Below are positions 17,188 to 27,234 of a stretch of 64,000 bases of DNA, in pieces. The stretch is taken from positions 40,793 to 104,792 of the forward strand of contig JAQUQW010000001.1 in NCBI GenBank assembly GCA_028716245.1, written 5' to 3'. This DNA comes from Candidatus Omnitrophota bacterium (lineage in GTDB: Bacteria > Omnitrophota > Gorgyraeia > Gygaellales > Profunditerraquicolaceae). The notes below the pieces were generated by a model. The model was not told the DNA's origin, made no database searches, and was given only the letters and a program-made list of their open reading frames with translations. The position numbers were made by a program, and so were the translations under genes. Numbering within the stretch: the stretch's first letter is position 1; each line of letters begins with the position of its first letter.

Positions 17188-18141
17188 GTGTTCATTGACA
17201 GCGCTAAAATCAATATTCGCGCCGGCAATGGCGGCAGAGGCTGCCAAAGCCTTTATCGCGATAAATACCAGCGCCGGGGAATTCCTGACGGCGGAGACGG
17301 GGGCAAGGGGGCCGATATCATTTTTCAGGCAGATCCCAACCTGCTTACTCTTTTGGATTTTCAGTACCATCGGCATTTTTTTGGCGCCCATGGGGGGCAC
17401 GGCTCAAGCAATCACAAAAAAGGTAAAGGGGCCGCGGATATAATTGTGGGCGTTCCTTTGGGTACAATTATAAAAGATGCGGCGACCGGCTCTATTTTAC
17501 GCGACTTAAATGTTGCAGGTGACCAGGTAATTGTCGCCCGCGGAGGCAAGGGTGGCATCGGCAATTGGCACCGTAAAGAAGCAACACCGGGTGAGCCGGG
17601 AGAAGAAAAAACAATTATTTTAGATTTAAAACTCCTGGCGGATGTGGCAGTGGTTGGATTTCCTAATTCCGGAAAGTCCACTTTGATTTCCGCGATTTCC
17701 AACGCTCACCCGAAGATTGCTGCCTATCCTTTTACGACAACGGCCCCGATTTTAGGGGTAGTCAACAGCAGTCATAAAAGATTTGTCGTTGCCGATATCC
17801 CCGGTTTAATCGAGGGTGCCTGGGAAGGCCGCGGATTAGGGGATAAATTCTTAAAACACGCGGAGCGGACAAAAGTTTTAATCCATTTGATTGATATGGC
17901 AGGCTTTGAAGGCAGGGATCCGGTCGATGATTACAAAAAGATAAATTTGGAATTAAAGAATTACAGCAAAGAGGTCTATAAGAAGCCCCAGGTTATCTGC
18001 GCCAATAAAATGGACCTTAGCGGCGCAGAGGAGAACCTGAAACGGTTTAAGAAGCTGGTCAAAAAACCAATTTATCCGATTTCGGCTTTAGAGAAAAAAA
18101 ATTTAGAGGAGTTAGTTGATGCGGTCGCCAAAAAAATATAA
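17188..18141 (+). CDS. obg: GTPase Obg (short form without the C-terminal OCT/TGS domain)
   Basis: Obg-fold N-terminus (GGDGGKGADIIFQ). G-domain GFPNSGKST, DIPGLIEGA. 317 aa. Confidence 0.9.
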   Translation: MFIDSAKINIRAGNGGRGCQSLYRDKYQRRGIPDGGDGGKGADIIFQADPNLLTLLDFQYHRHFFGAHGGHGSSNHKKGKGAADIIVGVPLGTIIKDAATGSILRDLNVAGDQVIVARGGKGGIGNWHRKEATPGEPGEEKTIILDLKLLADVAVVGFPNSGKSTLISAISNAHPKIAAYPFTTTAPILGVVNSSHKRFVVADIPGLIEGAWEGRGLGDKFLKHAERTKVLIHLIDMAGFEGRDPVDDYKKINLELKNYSKEVYKKPQVICANKMDLSGAEENLKRFKKLVKKPIYPISALEKKNLEELVDAVAKKI

Positions 18142-18892
18142 CAGAATCGTGGTAAAGATCGGGGCAAGTATTTTTGCCGCAGATAAGCATAAGATCGATG
18201 CCGCTTTAATTAATAATATCGTTGTTCAAATATCCGGCTTGGTAAAGGCAGGTAAAGAGGTGGTGGTTGTTTCTTCGGGGGCAATCGCTATCGGTATGTC
18301 AATTTTAAAGACTACCAACCGTCCCAAGGAACTTGCGTATTTGCAGGCAACCGCGGCTATCGGCCAGCATGAATTAATGCACATTTATAAACTGGCCTTT
18401 AATGAACACGGCATAAATTGCGCGCAATTACTTTTGACTTGGGATGATTTTTCGGACCGCAGGTTTCTCAATGCAAAGCATACATTGAATACTTTGCTTC
18501 GACTAAAGTGCGTGCCGATCATAAATGAGAATGACACAGTGGCAACCGAGGAAATTAAATTCGGCGACAATGATAAGCTTTCCGCCTTAGTTTCAATATT
18601 GGTGGATGCTGATTTATTGATTATACTTTCTGATGTCGACGGGCTATTGGATAAAAATAAGAAAGTTATCCGTTCGGTGGAAAAAATAACCGCACAGATA
18701 AAATCCCTGGCTTGCCCGACCAATAAGAAAACCTGTGTCGGCGGAATGATTACAAAAATCCAAGCAGCCTCCATTGCCGTTGATTCCGGAATCCCTTGCG
18801 TAATTGCTAATGGAAAGAAGAAGGGTATTATCAGCCAGGTGGCTAAGGATCCTTTTAGCTGCGGCACGGTATTTACAACTAAGAAAAAATGA
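18116..18892 (+). CDS. proB: Glutamate 5-kinase (no PUA domain)
   Basis: Amino-acid kinase fold with VVKIGASI and VVVVSSGAIAIGM. 258 aa. Confidence 0.85.
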   Translation: MMRSPKKYNRIVVKIGASIFAADKHKIDAALINNIVVQISGLVKAGKEVVVVSSGAIAIGMSILKTTNRPKELAYLQATAAIGQHELMHIYKLAFNEHGINCAQLLLTWDDFSDRRFLNAKHTLNTLLRLKCVPIINENDTVATEEIKFGDNDKLSALVSILVDADLLIILSDVDGLLDKNKKVIRSVEKITAQIKSLACPTNKKTCVGGMITKIQAASIAVDSGIPCVIANGKKKGIISQVAKDPFSCGTVFTTKKK

Positions 18893-20145
18893 AACAAAAT
18901 CTTAAGACAGAAATAGAAACTATTGCCAAAAAAGCACAGGCTGCATCAAGAGCGCTTGCTGTTTTGCCTAAAGAGGCCAAAGATAAAGTGCTTGTCGATA
19001 TGGCCGCTGCTTTATTGAGCAATAAAGATGCGATTTTAAAAGCGAATAAAAAAGATATTGCCGCATTGACCGGCAAAGGCATCTCTTTTATTGACCGCCT
19101 TTCTTTAAATGAGGAAAGAATTAAAGAGATGGCGGATTCTTTGCTTGATGTTGTTAAGTTGGCAGATCCTATCGGCCAGGTTTTACGCGATTGGAATACC
19201 CCCAGCGGCCTGCATATTCAAAAGGTGCGCTGCCCTATCGGGATAGTCGCCATAATTTATGAATCCCGGCCCAATGTTACCGCGGATTGTATCGGGCTTT
19301 GTTTTAAATCCGGGAACAGCGTAATTTTACGCGGCGGCAGTGAATCCTTAAATTCCAATCTTGCGATTTACAATGCGCTTAACGCGGTAATGAAAAAACA
19401 CGCTATAGCAAGCGGGGCAATTAACTTAATTGATACCCGCGGCCATAAAGCGGTGGATATTTTGTTAAAGCTAAATAATTATATTGACGTGGTGATCCCC
19501 CGCGGCGGAGAAGAACTGATCAATAAAGTAGTTAAGTCTTCGCGCATACCGGTGATCAAACATTATAAAGGCATTTGCCATGTTTATGTGGATGAGTGGG
19601 CGGATTTAAATATGGCCGAGAACATTTGTTTTAACGCTAAGGTGCAGCGTCCGGGAGTCTGTAATGCCATGGAAAGCATGCTGGTGCACCGGGATGTCGC
19701 CGCCAGGTTCTTGCCCGGGATGCTTAAAAAATTAAAAGAAGCAGGGGTAGAAATCCGCGGATGCGCCTTTACCAGAAAAATCGCTAAGTGGGCAAAAATT
19801 GCCACAGAGAAAGATTACCGCAGCGAGTACCTGGATTTAATCTTGTCGGTTAAGGTGGTTGATGATTTGGATGCGGCGATCAGCCATATCAATGATTACG
19901 GCTCGCATCATTCAGACAGCATTGTGACGGATAATCAGGATAACGCTTTAAAATTCCTGAAAGAAGTGGATTCGGCTTGCGTTTATCTAAATGCTTCGAC
20001 CCGTTTTACCGACGGAAATCAGTTCGGGATGGGGGCTGAGATCGGCATCTCAACGGATAAGCTGCATGCCCGCGGGCCCATGGCCCTTGAAGAATTGACT
20101 ACTTATAAATATATGGTTTTTGGCTCAGGGCAGGTCAGGCAATGA
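18889..20145 (+). CDS. proA: Gamma-glutamyl phosphate reductase
   Basis: Aldehyde dehydrogenase-like protein with a catalytic Cys region. It is translationally coupled to proB. Confidence 0.9.
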   Translation: MKQNLKTEIETIAKKAQAASRALAVLPKEAKDKVLVDMAAALLSNKDAILKANKKDIAALTGKGISFIDRLSLNEERIKEMADSLLDVVKLADPIGQVLRDWNTPSGLHIQKVRCPIGIVAIIYESRPNVTADCIGLCFKSGNSVILRGGSESLNSNLAIYNALNAVMKKHAIASGAINLIDTRGHKAVDILLKLNNYIDVVIPRGGEELINKVVKSSRIPVIKHYKGICHVYVDEWADLNMAENICFNAKVQRPGVCNAMESMLVHRDVAARFLPGMLKKLKEAGVEIRGCAFTRKIAKWAKIATEKDYRSEYLDLILSVKVVDDLDAAISHINDYGSHHSDSIVTDNQDNALKFLKEVDSACVYLNASTRFTDGNQFGMGAEIGISTDKLHARGPMALEELTTYKYMVFGSGQVRQ

Positions 20146-20708
20146 AGATCGGCATCCTCGGCGGGACTTTTAATCCGGTACATATCGGGCACTTGATTTT
20201 GGCCGAAGAAGCAAGAGAAAAGTTAGCGCTGGATAAAATTATCTTTATTCCCACGGCGCTGCCGCCGCATAAAGATAACGCGGGTATTGCCCCCGCGGAT
20301 GACCGCTTGAAAATGCTAAGAGCGGCGGTTAAAGGGAATAAGTTTTTTGCGGTTTCGGACATTGAAATCAGACGCCACGGGCGCTCTTATACAATCGATA
20401 CCTTAAAAGAATTAAAAAATAAATTTACCCGCGATGAGCTTTATTTTATTATCGGTTCTGATTTGCTTAAATATTTGAACGAGTGGAAGGATTTAAGTGA
20501 AATAATCAAAATGGTAAAATTTATCGCGGCTACCCGGCCCGGATATCCGCTTCAGCAGTTACCGCATTATATACAGACTTTGGCTATCCGGGCGGTAGAT
20601 GTTTCAGGTTTTGAGGTGCGCCAGTGTATTAAAGAAAATAAATCATTTAGATATCTGGTGCCGGATAAAGTTTTTGACTACATAAATAAAAGGAAGCTGT
20701 ATAAATGA
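20142..20708 (+). CDS. nadD: Nicotinate-nucleotide adenylyltransferase
   Basis: GILGGTFNPVHIGH, the (H/T)xGH nucleotidyltransferase motif. Confidence 0.85.
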   Translation: MKIGILGGTFNPVHIGHLILAEEAREKLALDKIIFIPTALPPHKDNAGIAPADDRLKMLRAAVKGNKFFAVSDIEIRRHGRSYTIDTLKELKNKFTRDELYFIIGSDLLKYLNEWKDLSEIIKMVKFIAATRPGYPLQQLPHYIQTLAIRAVDVSGFEVRQCIKENKSFRYLVPDKVFDYINKRKLYK

Positions 20709-21355
20709 AAATAAAGATTGCCCCGTCAATATTATCGGCGGATTTTACGCATCTTGCGCTTGAGCTTAAGAAAGTCGAGGAAGCGGGCGCGGATTTAATC
20801 CACGTTGATGTAATGGACGGCCACTTTGTACCGAATATTACTATCGGCCCGCAAGTCGTAAAATATTTACGCAAAGCAACCTCGTTACCTTTAGATGTGC
20901 ACTTAATGATTGAAAATCCCGCTAAATATGTGGATGCTTTTGTCAAGGCAGGAAGCGATATGATTACCGTGCATATTGAGACGGTTAGTTTGGGAGAATT
21001 ATCCGCTATTGCTAAAAAATTAAAAGCCAAAGGAGTAAAACTGGGGATTTCTTTAAATCCGGGCACGCCTTTAACTAAGATTAAAAAAGCTTTAACGCTG
21101 GTTGATTTTGTTTTGGTTATGTCGGTTAATCCCGGTTTTGGAGGACAAGCATTTATCCCGGGAGCAATAAATAAAATAAAACAGCTGCGGGCAATTTTTA
21201 AGAAGGATATCTCTGTTGACGGGGGAATCAATAATATTACCGCTAAACTTGTAAAGAATGCCGGGGCAAACGTTTTGGCAGCCGGTTCATATATTTTTGG
21301 GGCAAAGAATATAAAAAAAGCAGTTAACAGTTTAAGGAGAAATACCGATGAGTGA
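20705..21355 (+). CDS. rpe: Ribulose-phosphate 3-epimerase
   Basis: IAPSILSADF, HVDVMDGHFVPN and VMSVNPGFGGQ motifs. Confidence 0.9.
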   Translation: MKIKIAPSILSADFTHLALELKKVEEAGADLIHVDVMDGHFVPNITIGPQVVKYLRKATSLPLDVHLMIENPAKYVDAFVKAGSDMITVHIETVSLGELSAIAKKLKAKGVKLGISLNPGTPLTKIKKALTLVDFVLVMSVNPGFGGQAFIPGAINKIKQLRAIFKKDISVDGGINNITAKLVKNAGANVLAAGSYIFGAKNIKKAVNSLRRNTDE

Positions 21356-22736
21356 TACTGTTGCGCAAATTAAATTCGGCACCGACGGATGGAGAGCAAT
21401 TATCGCCGACACTTATACCCTGGAAAACGTTAAGATCCTGGCTCAGGCCGTAGCGGATTATTTAGGCGCCGGGAAAAAGGTTGCGGTTGGTTTTGATACG
21501 CGTTTTATGTCGGATAAGTTCGCCCAGGCCGCGGCCATAGTATTAAAAAGCAATGATATAGAGGTGCTCCTTTCTGACCGGCCCACACCTACTCCGGCAT
21601 TGAGCTTCGCGATTAAGTCGCGCAAGCTGGATTTAGGGATCATGATTACCGCTTCGCATAATCCGGCCGAATATAACGGTTTTAAAATTAAGAACTCCAG
21701 CGGCGGAGGAGCCAGCTCTGAGTTGACTGAAGAAGTAGAAGATCTTCTTGGCAGGACCCCGGTAAAAGATGATGTTGCATCCAGTTCTATCCAAACCGTA
21801 GATATTATCAAAGATTACATAAAATTTATCCGCAATTATATTGATTTAAAGAAAATAAAGGATAAAAAATTTAAAGTTTTGGTGGATTCGATGTATGGTT
21901 CAGGGGACAGTTTTATTGCCCAGGTTTTAAAAGGCACAAGCATAAAACTGGAATTTATGCGCAATACTATTAATCCTTCTTTCGGCGGAGGCAGGCCGGA
22001 GCCGGTTGAAGATAACTTAAAGGAATTAAAGGCCCGCGTAAAAAAAGAGAAATTTGATTTAGGCATCGCCCTGGACGGTGATGCCGATAGGATTGCCGCG
22101 GTTGCCCCCGGCGGCGTGTTTATCCATCCGCAAAAAATCCTGGGCCTTCTGGCGTTGCATTTAAATCAGGACCGCCATTTTAGCGGCGGATTGGTCAAAA
22201 CTATCTGCGGCTCAACGATGATGGATGCGATCGCAGAATTTTTGGGAATTAAGCTTTATGAAACTCCCGTAGGATTTAAATATATTTCCAATCTTATGGA
22301 GACTGAAGATATTGTTGCCGGAGGAGAAGAGGCCGGCGGCATGGGGGTTAAAGGTTATATCCCTGAGCGCGATGGGACAATGGCAGGGTTGCTATTAATT
22401 GAAATGATGGCCTACCGCAATAAAAATATGTTAAAGATTTTAAATGAAACTGAAAAAAAATTCGGTAAATATTATTATGTGCGCCAGGATTTTCATCTGG
22501 ACAAGCGCGTTGAGCCCAAAAAAGAAAATCTGCCCAAAGAATTATTAGGCAAAAAAGTCATAGCTATCAAAGATTACGACGGAATAAAACTTATTTGTGA
22601 GGATTCAAGCTGGCTGATGTTCCGCGGTTCAGGCACCGAGCCGATTATGCGCACCTACGCCGAGGCCAGAAGCCTCACTCAAGCTAAAAAACTTCTTGTT
22701 TTGGCTAAAGAGATTATCATAAAGGATGGCGTATAG
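21348..22736 (+). CDS. Phosphoglucomutase / phosphomannomutase family protein
   Basis: Active-site serine loop TASHNPAEYNGFK. Mg-binding loop DGDADR. Confidence 0.8.
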   Translation: MSDTVAQIKFGTDGWRAIIADTYTLENVKILAQAVADYLGAGKKVAVGFDTRFMSDKFAQAAAIVLKSNDIEVLLSDRPTPTPALSFAIKSRKLDLGIMITASHNPAEYNGFKIKNSSGGGASSELTEEVEDLLGRTPVKDDVASSSIQTVDIIKDYIKFIRNYIDLKKIKDKKFKVLVDSMYGSGDSFIAQVLKGTSIKLEFMRNTINPSFGGGRPEPVEDNLKELKARVKKEKFDLGIALDGDADRIAAVAPGGVFIHPQKILGLLALHLNQDRHFSGGLVKTICGSTMMDAIAEFLGIKLYETPVGFKYISNLMETEDIVAGGEEAGGMGVKGYIPERDGTMAGLLLIEMMAYRNKNMLKILNETEKKFGKYYYVRQDFHLDKRVEPKKENLPKELLGKKVIAIKDYDGIKLICEDSSWLMFRGSGTEPIMRTYAEARSLTQAKKLLVLAKEIIIKDGV

Positions 22737-23331
22737 GTTCAGCAGATTCTTACTGTTAATTTTTTTAAAGCTCTTTTTTGATTTTAAGGTGGAGGGCAGG
22801 GAGAATCTGCCTAAAAATGGCGGATTCATTTTAGCCTGTAATCATCTAAGTTATCTGGATCCGGTTGTTTTGGGTTCAGGATGCCCGCGTACCGTGCATT
22901 TTATGGCGCGCGACACTTTATTTAATAACCGGTTTTTAGGTTTTTGGATGAAGTTAGTGGGGGCAATTCCGGTAAAAAGGGACAGCGCGGATTTTTCGGC
23001 GTTAAAAAAGTCGCTGCGTTTGGTTCGCAGCGGAGAAGGGCTGGCGATTTTTCCGGAGGGGGCGCGCCGGACCATTGATAGAGCGTTTATTAATCCGCAA
23101 CCCGGAGCCGGATTTTTGGCGGATAAAGCAAATGTACCGGTTATTCCGGCTTATGTTTCAGGAACATACGAAGCACTGCCTAAGGGGGTTAATAAGAAGA
23201 TTAATTTTGGCAGAGAAATTTTAGTGCGCTTCGGAAAAGAAATTCACATAGAAAGGGGGAAGCCTTATCAGGAAATTTCGAATATGATAATGGCTAGTAT
23301 TAAACAGTTATCGAATAATTCATTAAACTAA
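22726..23331 (+). CDS. plsC: 1-acyl-sn-glycerol-3-phosphate acyltransferase
   Basis: The NHLSYLD (HX4D) motif and the FPEGAR motif. Confidence 0.8.
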   Translation: MAYRFSRFLLLIFLKLFFDFKVEGRENLPKNGGFILACNHLSYLDPVVLGSGCPRTVHFMARDTLFNNRFLGFWMKLVGAIPVKRDSADFSALKKSLRLVRSGEGLAIFPEGARRTIDRAFINPQPGAGFLADKANVPVIPAYVSGTYEALPKGVNKKINFGREILVRFGKEIHIERGKPYQEISNMIMASIKQLSNNSLN

Positions 23332-23366
23332 TCAAAATATAATAATGAGAGAAGGAGTAATTAGAA

Positions 23367-24908
23367 ATGTCAGATACTAGAGCAGAATTAGAGCAGATGT
23401 ATAACCAAAGTATCAAAGTTTTAAAGGAAGGCCAGGTTGTAAGCGGCAAGATTGTGGAAATTAAGAGTAAAGAAGTTTTAGTGGACGTGGGTTTTAAATC
23501 AGAAGGTATTGTTCCGATCACTGAATTCAGCGCCGTGGATTTAGTTATAGGCCGCGAGATGGAATTTTTGCTGGAGTCTATGGAAAATGACGCCGGCGTC
23601 ATGACCCTGTCCCGTGAAAAGGCGATGAGGATGCAAGGATGGGACCGGATTGTTAAGTTGTCTAATGAGGGGACTTTAGTTGAAGGTAAACCGGTCAAGA
23701 AAGTCAAAGGGGGATTCCTGGTCGATATTATGGGTATCGAAGGGTTCTTGCCCAGCTCGCTTTCCTCTTTCCGGAATATGGCCGATAAGGATATCTTATA
23801 TAAGATATTCAAGTTTAAGATCGTCAAAGTTAATAATTTACGCCGATCCATTATTGTCAGCCGCCGCGAAGCAGTGCAGGCGGATAGGGACATCGCTAAG
23901 GGAAAAATCTGGGGTGAATTGAAAATCGGCAATATTTATCCCGGTTTGGTCAAAGCGATTACCGATTTTGGCGCCTTTATTGATTTGGGCGGAGTTGACG
24001 GCCTGCTGCATATTACGGATATGTCCTGGTCAAAGATCAGCCATCCTTCCGAAATTGTGGCTATCGGCGATAAAATCGAAGTCATGATTTTAAACCTTGA
24101 TCAGGCTTCGGGTAAAGTTTCTTTGGGCCTTAAGCAGAGGCTCTCTGATCCGTGGAAAGATATCGAGAACAAATTCAGCGTCGGGGCAAAGGTAAAAGGT
24201 AAGGTAGTTAATATTTTGCCTTACGGAGTTTTTGTGGAACTGGAAAAAGGAATCGAAGGCCTTATTCACGTTTCCGAGATCTCCTGGACCAAGCGCGTGA
24301 ATAATCCGGGCGAGATGTTTGCCGTCGGAGATATGGTGGAAACCCAGATCTTGAGCATTGAAAAAGATTCCCGCAGGATCTCCCTTAGCTTAAAACAACT
24401 GGAGCAGAATCCCTGGCTGGAAGCGGAATCAAAATACCCGGTTGGCACAAGCGTATCCGGAAAGATCCGCGGTTTTACCGAGTATGGCGCGTTTGTGGAG
24501 CTGGATTCCAACCTGGAAGGCATGATCCATGTTTCCGATATTTCCTGGACCAAAAGGATTGGCCATCCGCAGGATGTTTTAAAAAAGGGGCAGAAGGTCG
24601 ATGTTTCCATACTTTCGGTTGATTCTGCCAACCGCAGGATTGCTTTAGGCTTAAAGCAATTACAGGAGAATCCCTGGCCAAAAATCGCCGAGAAATATCC
24701 TCTGGATACCCAGTTGGAGGTTGAGGTATTTAGCCTGACTGAATTCGGCGTATTTGCCAAGATCGACAGCGAATTGGAAGGGCTGATTTATTCCAGTGAG
24801 ATTGAAAAAGAAACAGCCGCCAATTTAAAACCCGGTGATAAAATAAAGGTTAAAGTAATCAAGGTGGATGTGGAGCAGGCAAAAATCGGCCTGACAGCGC
24901 GTTTATAA
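23367..24908 (+). CDS. rpsA: 30S ribosomal protein S1
   Basis: 513 aa with repeated S1 domains (GxV..I..FGAFV motifs occur 5-6 times). Confidence 0.9.
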   Translation: MSDTRAELEQMYNQSIKVLKEGQVVSGKIVEIKSKEVLVDVGFKSEGIVPITEFSAVDLVIGREMEFLLESMENDAGVMTLSREKAMRMQGWDRIVKLSNEGTLVEGKPVKKVKGGFLVDIMGIEGFLPSSLSSFRNMADKDILYKIFKFKIVKVNNLRRSIIVSRREAVQADRDIAKGKIWGELKIGNIYPGLVKAITDFGAFIDLGGVDGLLHITDMSWSKISHPSEIVAIGDKIEVMILNLDQASGKVSLGLKQRLSDPWKDIENKFSVGAKVKGKVVNILPYGVFVELEKGIEGLIHVSEISWTKRVNNPGEMFAVGDMVETQILSIEKDSRRISLSLKQLEQNPWLEAESKYPVGTSVSGKIRGFTEYGAFVELDSNLEGMIHVSDISWTKRIGHPQDVLKKGQKVDVSILSVDSANRRIALGLKQLQENPWPKIAEKYPLDTQLEVEVFSLTEFGVFAKIDSELEGLIYSSEIEKETAANLKPGDKIKVKVIKVDVEQAKIGLTARL

Positions 24909-26074
24909 TGGATATAAACAAGCAGATAGAAATAATTAAAAGGGGCGCTGTAGAGATAATCTCTGAAGATGAGCTTCGTAAGAAGCTGGAGCAGAGCATA
25001 AAACTTAAGCGCCCCTTAAAAATTAAAGCCGGGTTTGATCCTACTGCCCCTGATTTGCACCTAGGCCACACTGTACTCTTAAGAAAACTGCGTCAATTTC
25101 AGGATTTGGGGCATGAAGTTTATTTTCTTATCGGTGATTTTACCGGCCAGATCGGCGATCCTAGCGGCCGCTCTGAAATTAGAAAACAACTCACCAAACA
25201 GGAGGTATCCAGGAATGCCCAAACCTATAAAAAGCAGGTGGCTAAAATTTTGGATATTGGTAAATTAAAGATCGTTTTTAACAGCAAATGGTTTGAAAAA
25301 ATGTCGGGGGTAGAGATGTTGCAGCTTACTACCCATGCTTCGGTTTCTCAGATGCTGGCGCGTGATGATTTCAAGAAGCGTTTTACAAACGGAGAAAATA
25401 TTTCGATTTTGGAGTTTGTTTATCCTTTAATGCAAGGGTATGATTCGGTCATGCTTGAGGCTGATGTGGAGATCGGAGGCACAGACCAGATATTTAACTT
25501 GCTGGTCGGCAGGGAATTTCAAAAAGATTTCAGCCAGCCGCAACAGGTGGTCCTGACTATGCCGCTTTTGGAAGGCACCGATGGCGTAGCTAAAATGAGC
25601 AAGTCCTACGGAAATTATATCGGCATCAATGAACCGGCAAGCGAGATCTTCGGTAAAATCATGTCAATCTCCGACGAGCTAATGCTTAAATATTACGAAT
25701 TGTTAACTGATGAAGAGTTGGTTAAAGTTAAACAGACGCATCCAAAAGAGGCAAAGGTAAATTTGGCCAAGATTATTATCACTCAATATCATTCTGCCGG
25801 GGCCGCGGAAAAAGAAGCGGAAGAATTTTCCCGCGTTTTTTCCCAGAAAGAAATTCCCCAAGATATGCCTGTTTTTAAAACTGACGGCAAAAAAAATATT
25901 CTTACTATCCTTACCGAAAGTAATTTAGCCGCCAGCGGCAACCAAGCGCGCAGGCTGATAAAACAGGGGGCAGTCAGCTTCAATAACGTAAAAATCGAAA
26001 AAGATGATTTTACCCCGATTGAAGCCGGCACCCTTAAGGCCGGTTCCCGCAGGTTCCTGAAAATTACTTTGTAG
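24908..26074 (+). CDS. tyrS: Tyrosine--tRNA ligase
   Basis: HLGH and KMSKS motifs. C-terminal S4-like domain. Confidence 0.9.
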   Translation: MDINKQIEIIKRGAVEIISEDELRKKLEQSIKLKRPLKIKAGFDPTAPDLHLGHTVLLRKLRQFQDLGHEVYFLIGDFTGQIGDPSGRSEIRKQLTKQEVSRNAQTYKKQVAKILDIGKLKIVFNSKWFEKMSGVEMLQLTTHASVSQMLARDDFKKRFTNGENISILEFVYPLMQGYDSVMLEADVEIGGTDQIFNLLVGREFQKDFSQPQQVVLTMPLLEGTDGVAKMSKSYGNYIGINEPASEIFGKIMSISDELMLKYYELLTDEELVKVKQTHPKEAKVNLAKIIITQYHSAGAAEKEAEEFSRVFSQKEIPQDMPVFKTDGKKNILTILTESNLAASGNQARRLIKQGAVSFNNVKIEKDDFTPIEAGTLKAGSRRFLKITL

Positions 26075-26919
26075 ACAGTTTACGTAACCGCATATTCCCC
26101 AATCAGATCTATAAGAAATATTTCTCCGCAAAATAAATGTGGTTAGATTTTTCTACCTTCTGCGTCCATTATAACTGGAGGAGAGAGGACCATGCCATCA
26201 TATGCGCGTAAGCATCAATTGCAACAGTCATTAGTGTATCATGCGTTTAGCCGAAGCAGCGGACGCAAGGTGATTTTTCAAGAATCTAGGGACTTCGATC
26301 ATTTTAAGACCTTGCTTTGCGAGTATAGCAATAGGTTTGATTCAAAAATATATCATTGGGTCATTATGCCGAATCACTACCATCTTGTGGTTGAATTCGA
26401 ATGCCCTGAATTGATTTCGAAATTTATGGCAGGATTACATCGAGCGTATAGCCATTATTACCATAAGCAATATAACGCGGCGGGTTTTTTATGGCAAGGC
26501 AGATTTAAATTACAGCCGATACAAAAAGATTTATATTTGAAAAATTGCGGCAGATATGTGGAGAGAAATCCGGTGCGCGCGGGAATGGTTGCGGAGGCCT
26601 GCGAATATGCGCATAGCAGCGCGCGATTTTATTGTTTAGGACAAGAGGACGGAATAACGCGAGTTAGTCCCGATTTTGAAGACTTCGGAAAAGAGATTGT
26701 TGGGCGACAGGCAGCCTATAAAGAATTCTTGAGAGTTTTTGATAGTAAAGAGAATGTTTATTTCTCGAATATAGAGATCCCCCGTGGTGATCAGGATTTC
26801 CTACGCAGGCTGGTGAAGACAGGTATGCATTATTTTCCGAGAAGGCAAGGCAGGAAAGCCGCAATATTTGTTCCGTAACCATTTAACTTCAATAGAATTA
26901 CCTACACTGTCTATAATTC
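26069..26919 (+). mobile_element. Compact IS-like unit: an IS200-like Y1 transposase (RAYT) bounded by about 20 bp imperfect inverted repeats
   Basis: The left inverted repeat TTGTAGACAGTTTACGTAA (26069-26087) overlaps the tyrS stop. The right inverted repeat ATTACCTACACTGTCTATAATT is at 26897-26918. The reverse complement of the left repeat matches the right repeat at 16 of 19 positions. Both flanks recur around 34196-35544. Confidence 0.6.
26192..26878 (+). CDS. IS200-like / REP-associated tyrosine transposase (Y1 HUH, TnpA_REP-like)
   Basis: HUH motif HYHLVV. C-terminal NPVRAGMVAEACEYAHSSARFY matches the conserved Y1 transposase catalytic helix. 228 aa. Confidence 0.8.
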   Translation: MPSYARKHQLQQSLVYHAFSRSSGRKVIFQESRDFDHFKTLLCEYSNRFDSKIYHWVIMPNHYHLVVEFECPELISKFMAGLHRAYSHYYHKQYNAAGFLWQGRFKLQPIQKDLYLKNCGRYVERNPVRAGMVAEACEYAHSSARFYCLGQEDGITRVSPDFEDFGKEIVGRQAAYKEFLRVFDSKENVYFSNIEIPRGDQDFLRRLVKTGMHYFPRRQGRKAAIFVP

Positions 26920-26970
26920 TTAATTCTTTTACCTTTATTTTCCAGGGGTTTAGCGATATAATCATTAATT

Positions 26971-27234
26971 ATGCTTTGGATGATAATCGGCATTTGTGCC
27001 GCCACCCTAACCATGTTTTCTTTTATCCCCCAGATAGCCAGGTCTTTAAGGACCAAATCTGTCAAGGATGTAAGCCCGGTTACTTTATTTCAGCTTTCCG
27101 CGGGGGTTTTATTATGGATGATTTACGGAATTTACCGCAAAGACCCGATAATCATATCGGCAAACGCAGTAACTTTAGTAAGCTTATCGATATTAATATT
27201 TTTATATTTTAAATATGGGAGATTAGCCAAATGA
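26971..27234 (+). CDS. SemiSWEET / PQ-loop family small membrane sugar transporter
   Basis: 87 aa. Three TM helices with the PQ motif [10 protein letters not shown]. It ends where rmlA starts. Confidence 0.55.
   Translation: MLWMIIGICAATLTMFSFIPQIARSLRTKSVKDVSPVTLFQLSAGVLLWMIYGIYRKDPIIISANAVTLVSLSILIFLYFKYGRLAK

Noticed and set aside
17195-17443. 82 aa ORF after rplU checked as a possible missing L27 (rpmA)
   Set aside because: It lies in an alternate frame inside obg. Its sequence (MTALKSIFAPAMAAEAAK...) bears no resemblance to the L27 N-terminus.
20647-21231. 194 aa minus-strand ORF antisense to rpe
   Set aside because: Antisense to a highly conserved gene, with no recognisable features.
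23300-23932. 210 aa minus-strand ORF antisense to rpsA
   Set aside because: It is fully within the S1 gene, with a low-complexity Ser/Thr/Leu-rich translation typical of antisense frames.
26868-27212. 114 aa + strand ORF overlapping the SemiSWEET frame
   Set aside because: It starts inside the right-end repeat of the transposase unit and has no domain signal. The alternative frame gives a clean 3-TM PQ-loop protein, so that frame was preferred.
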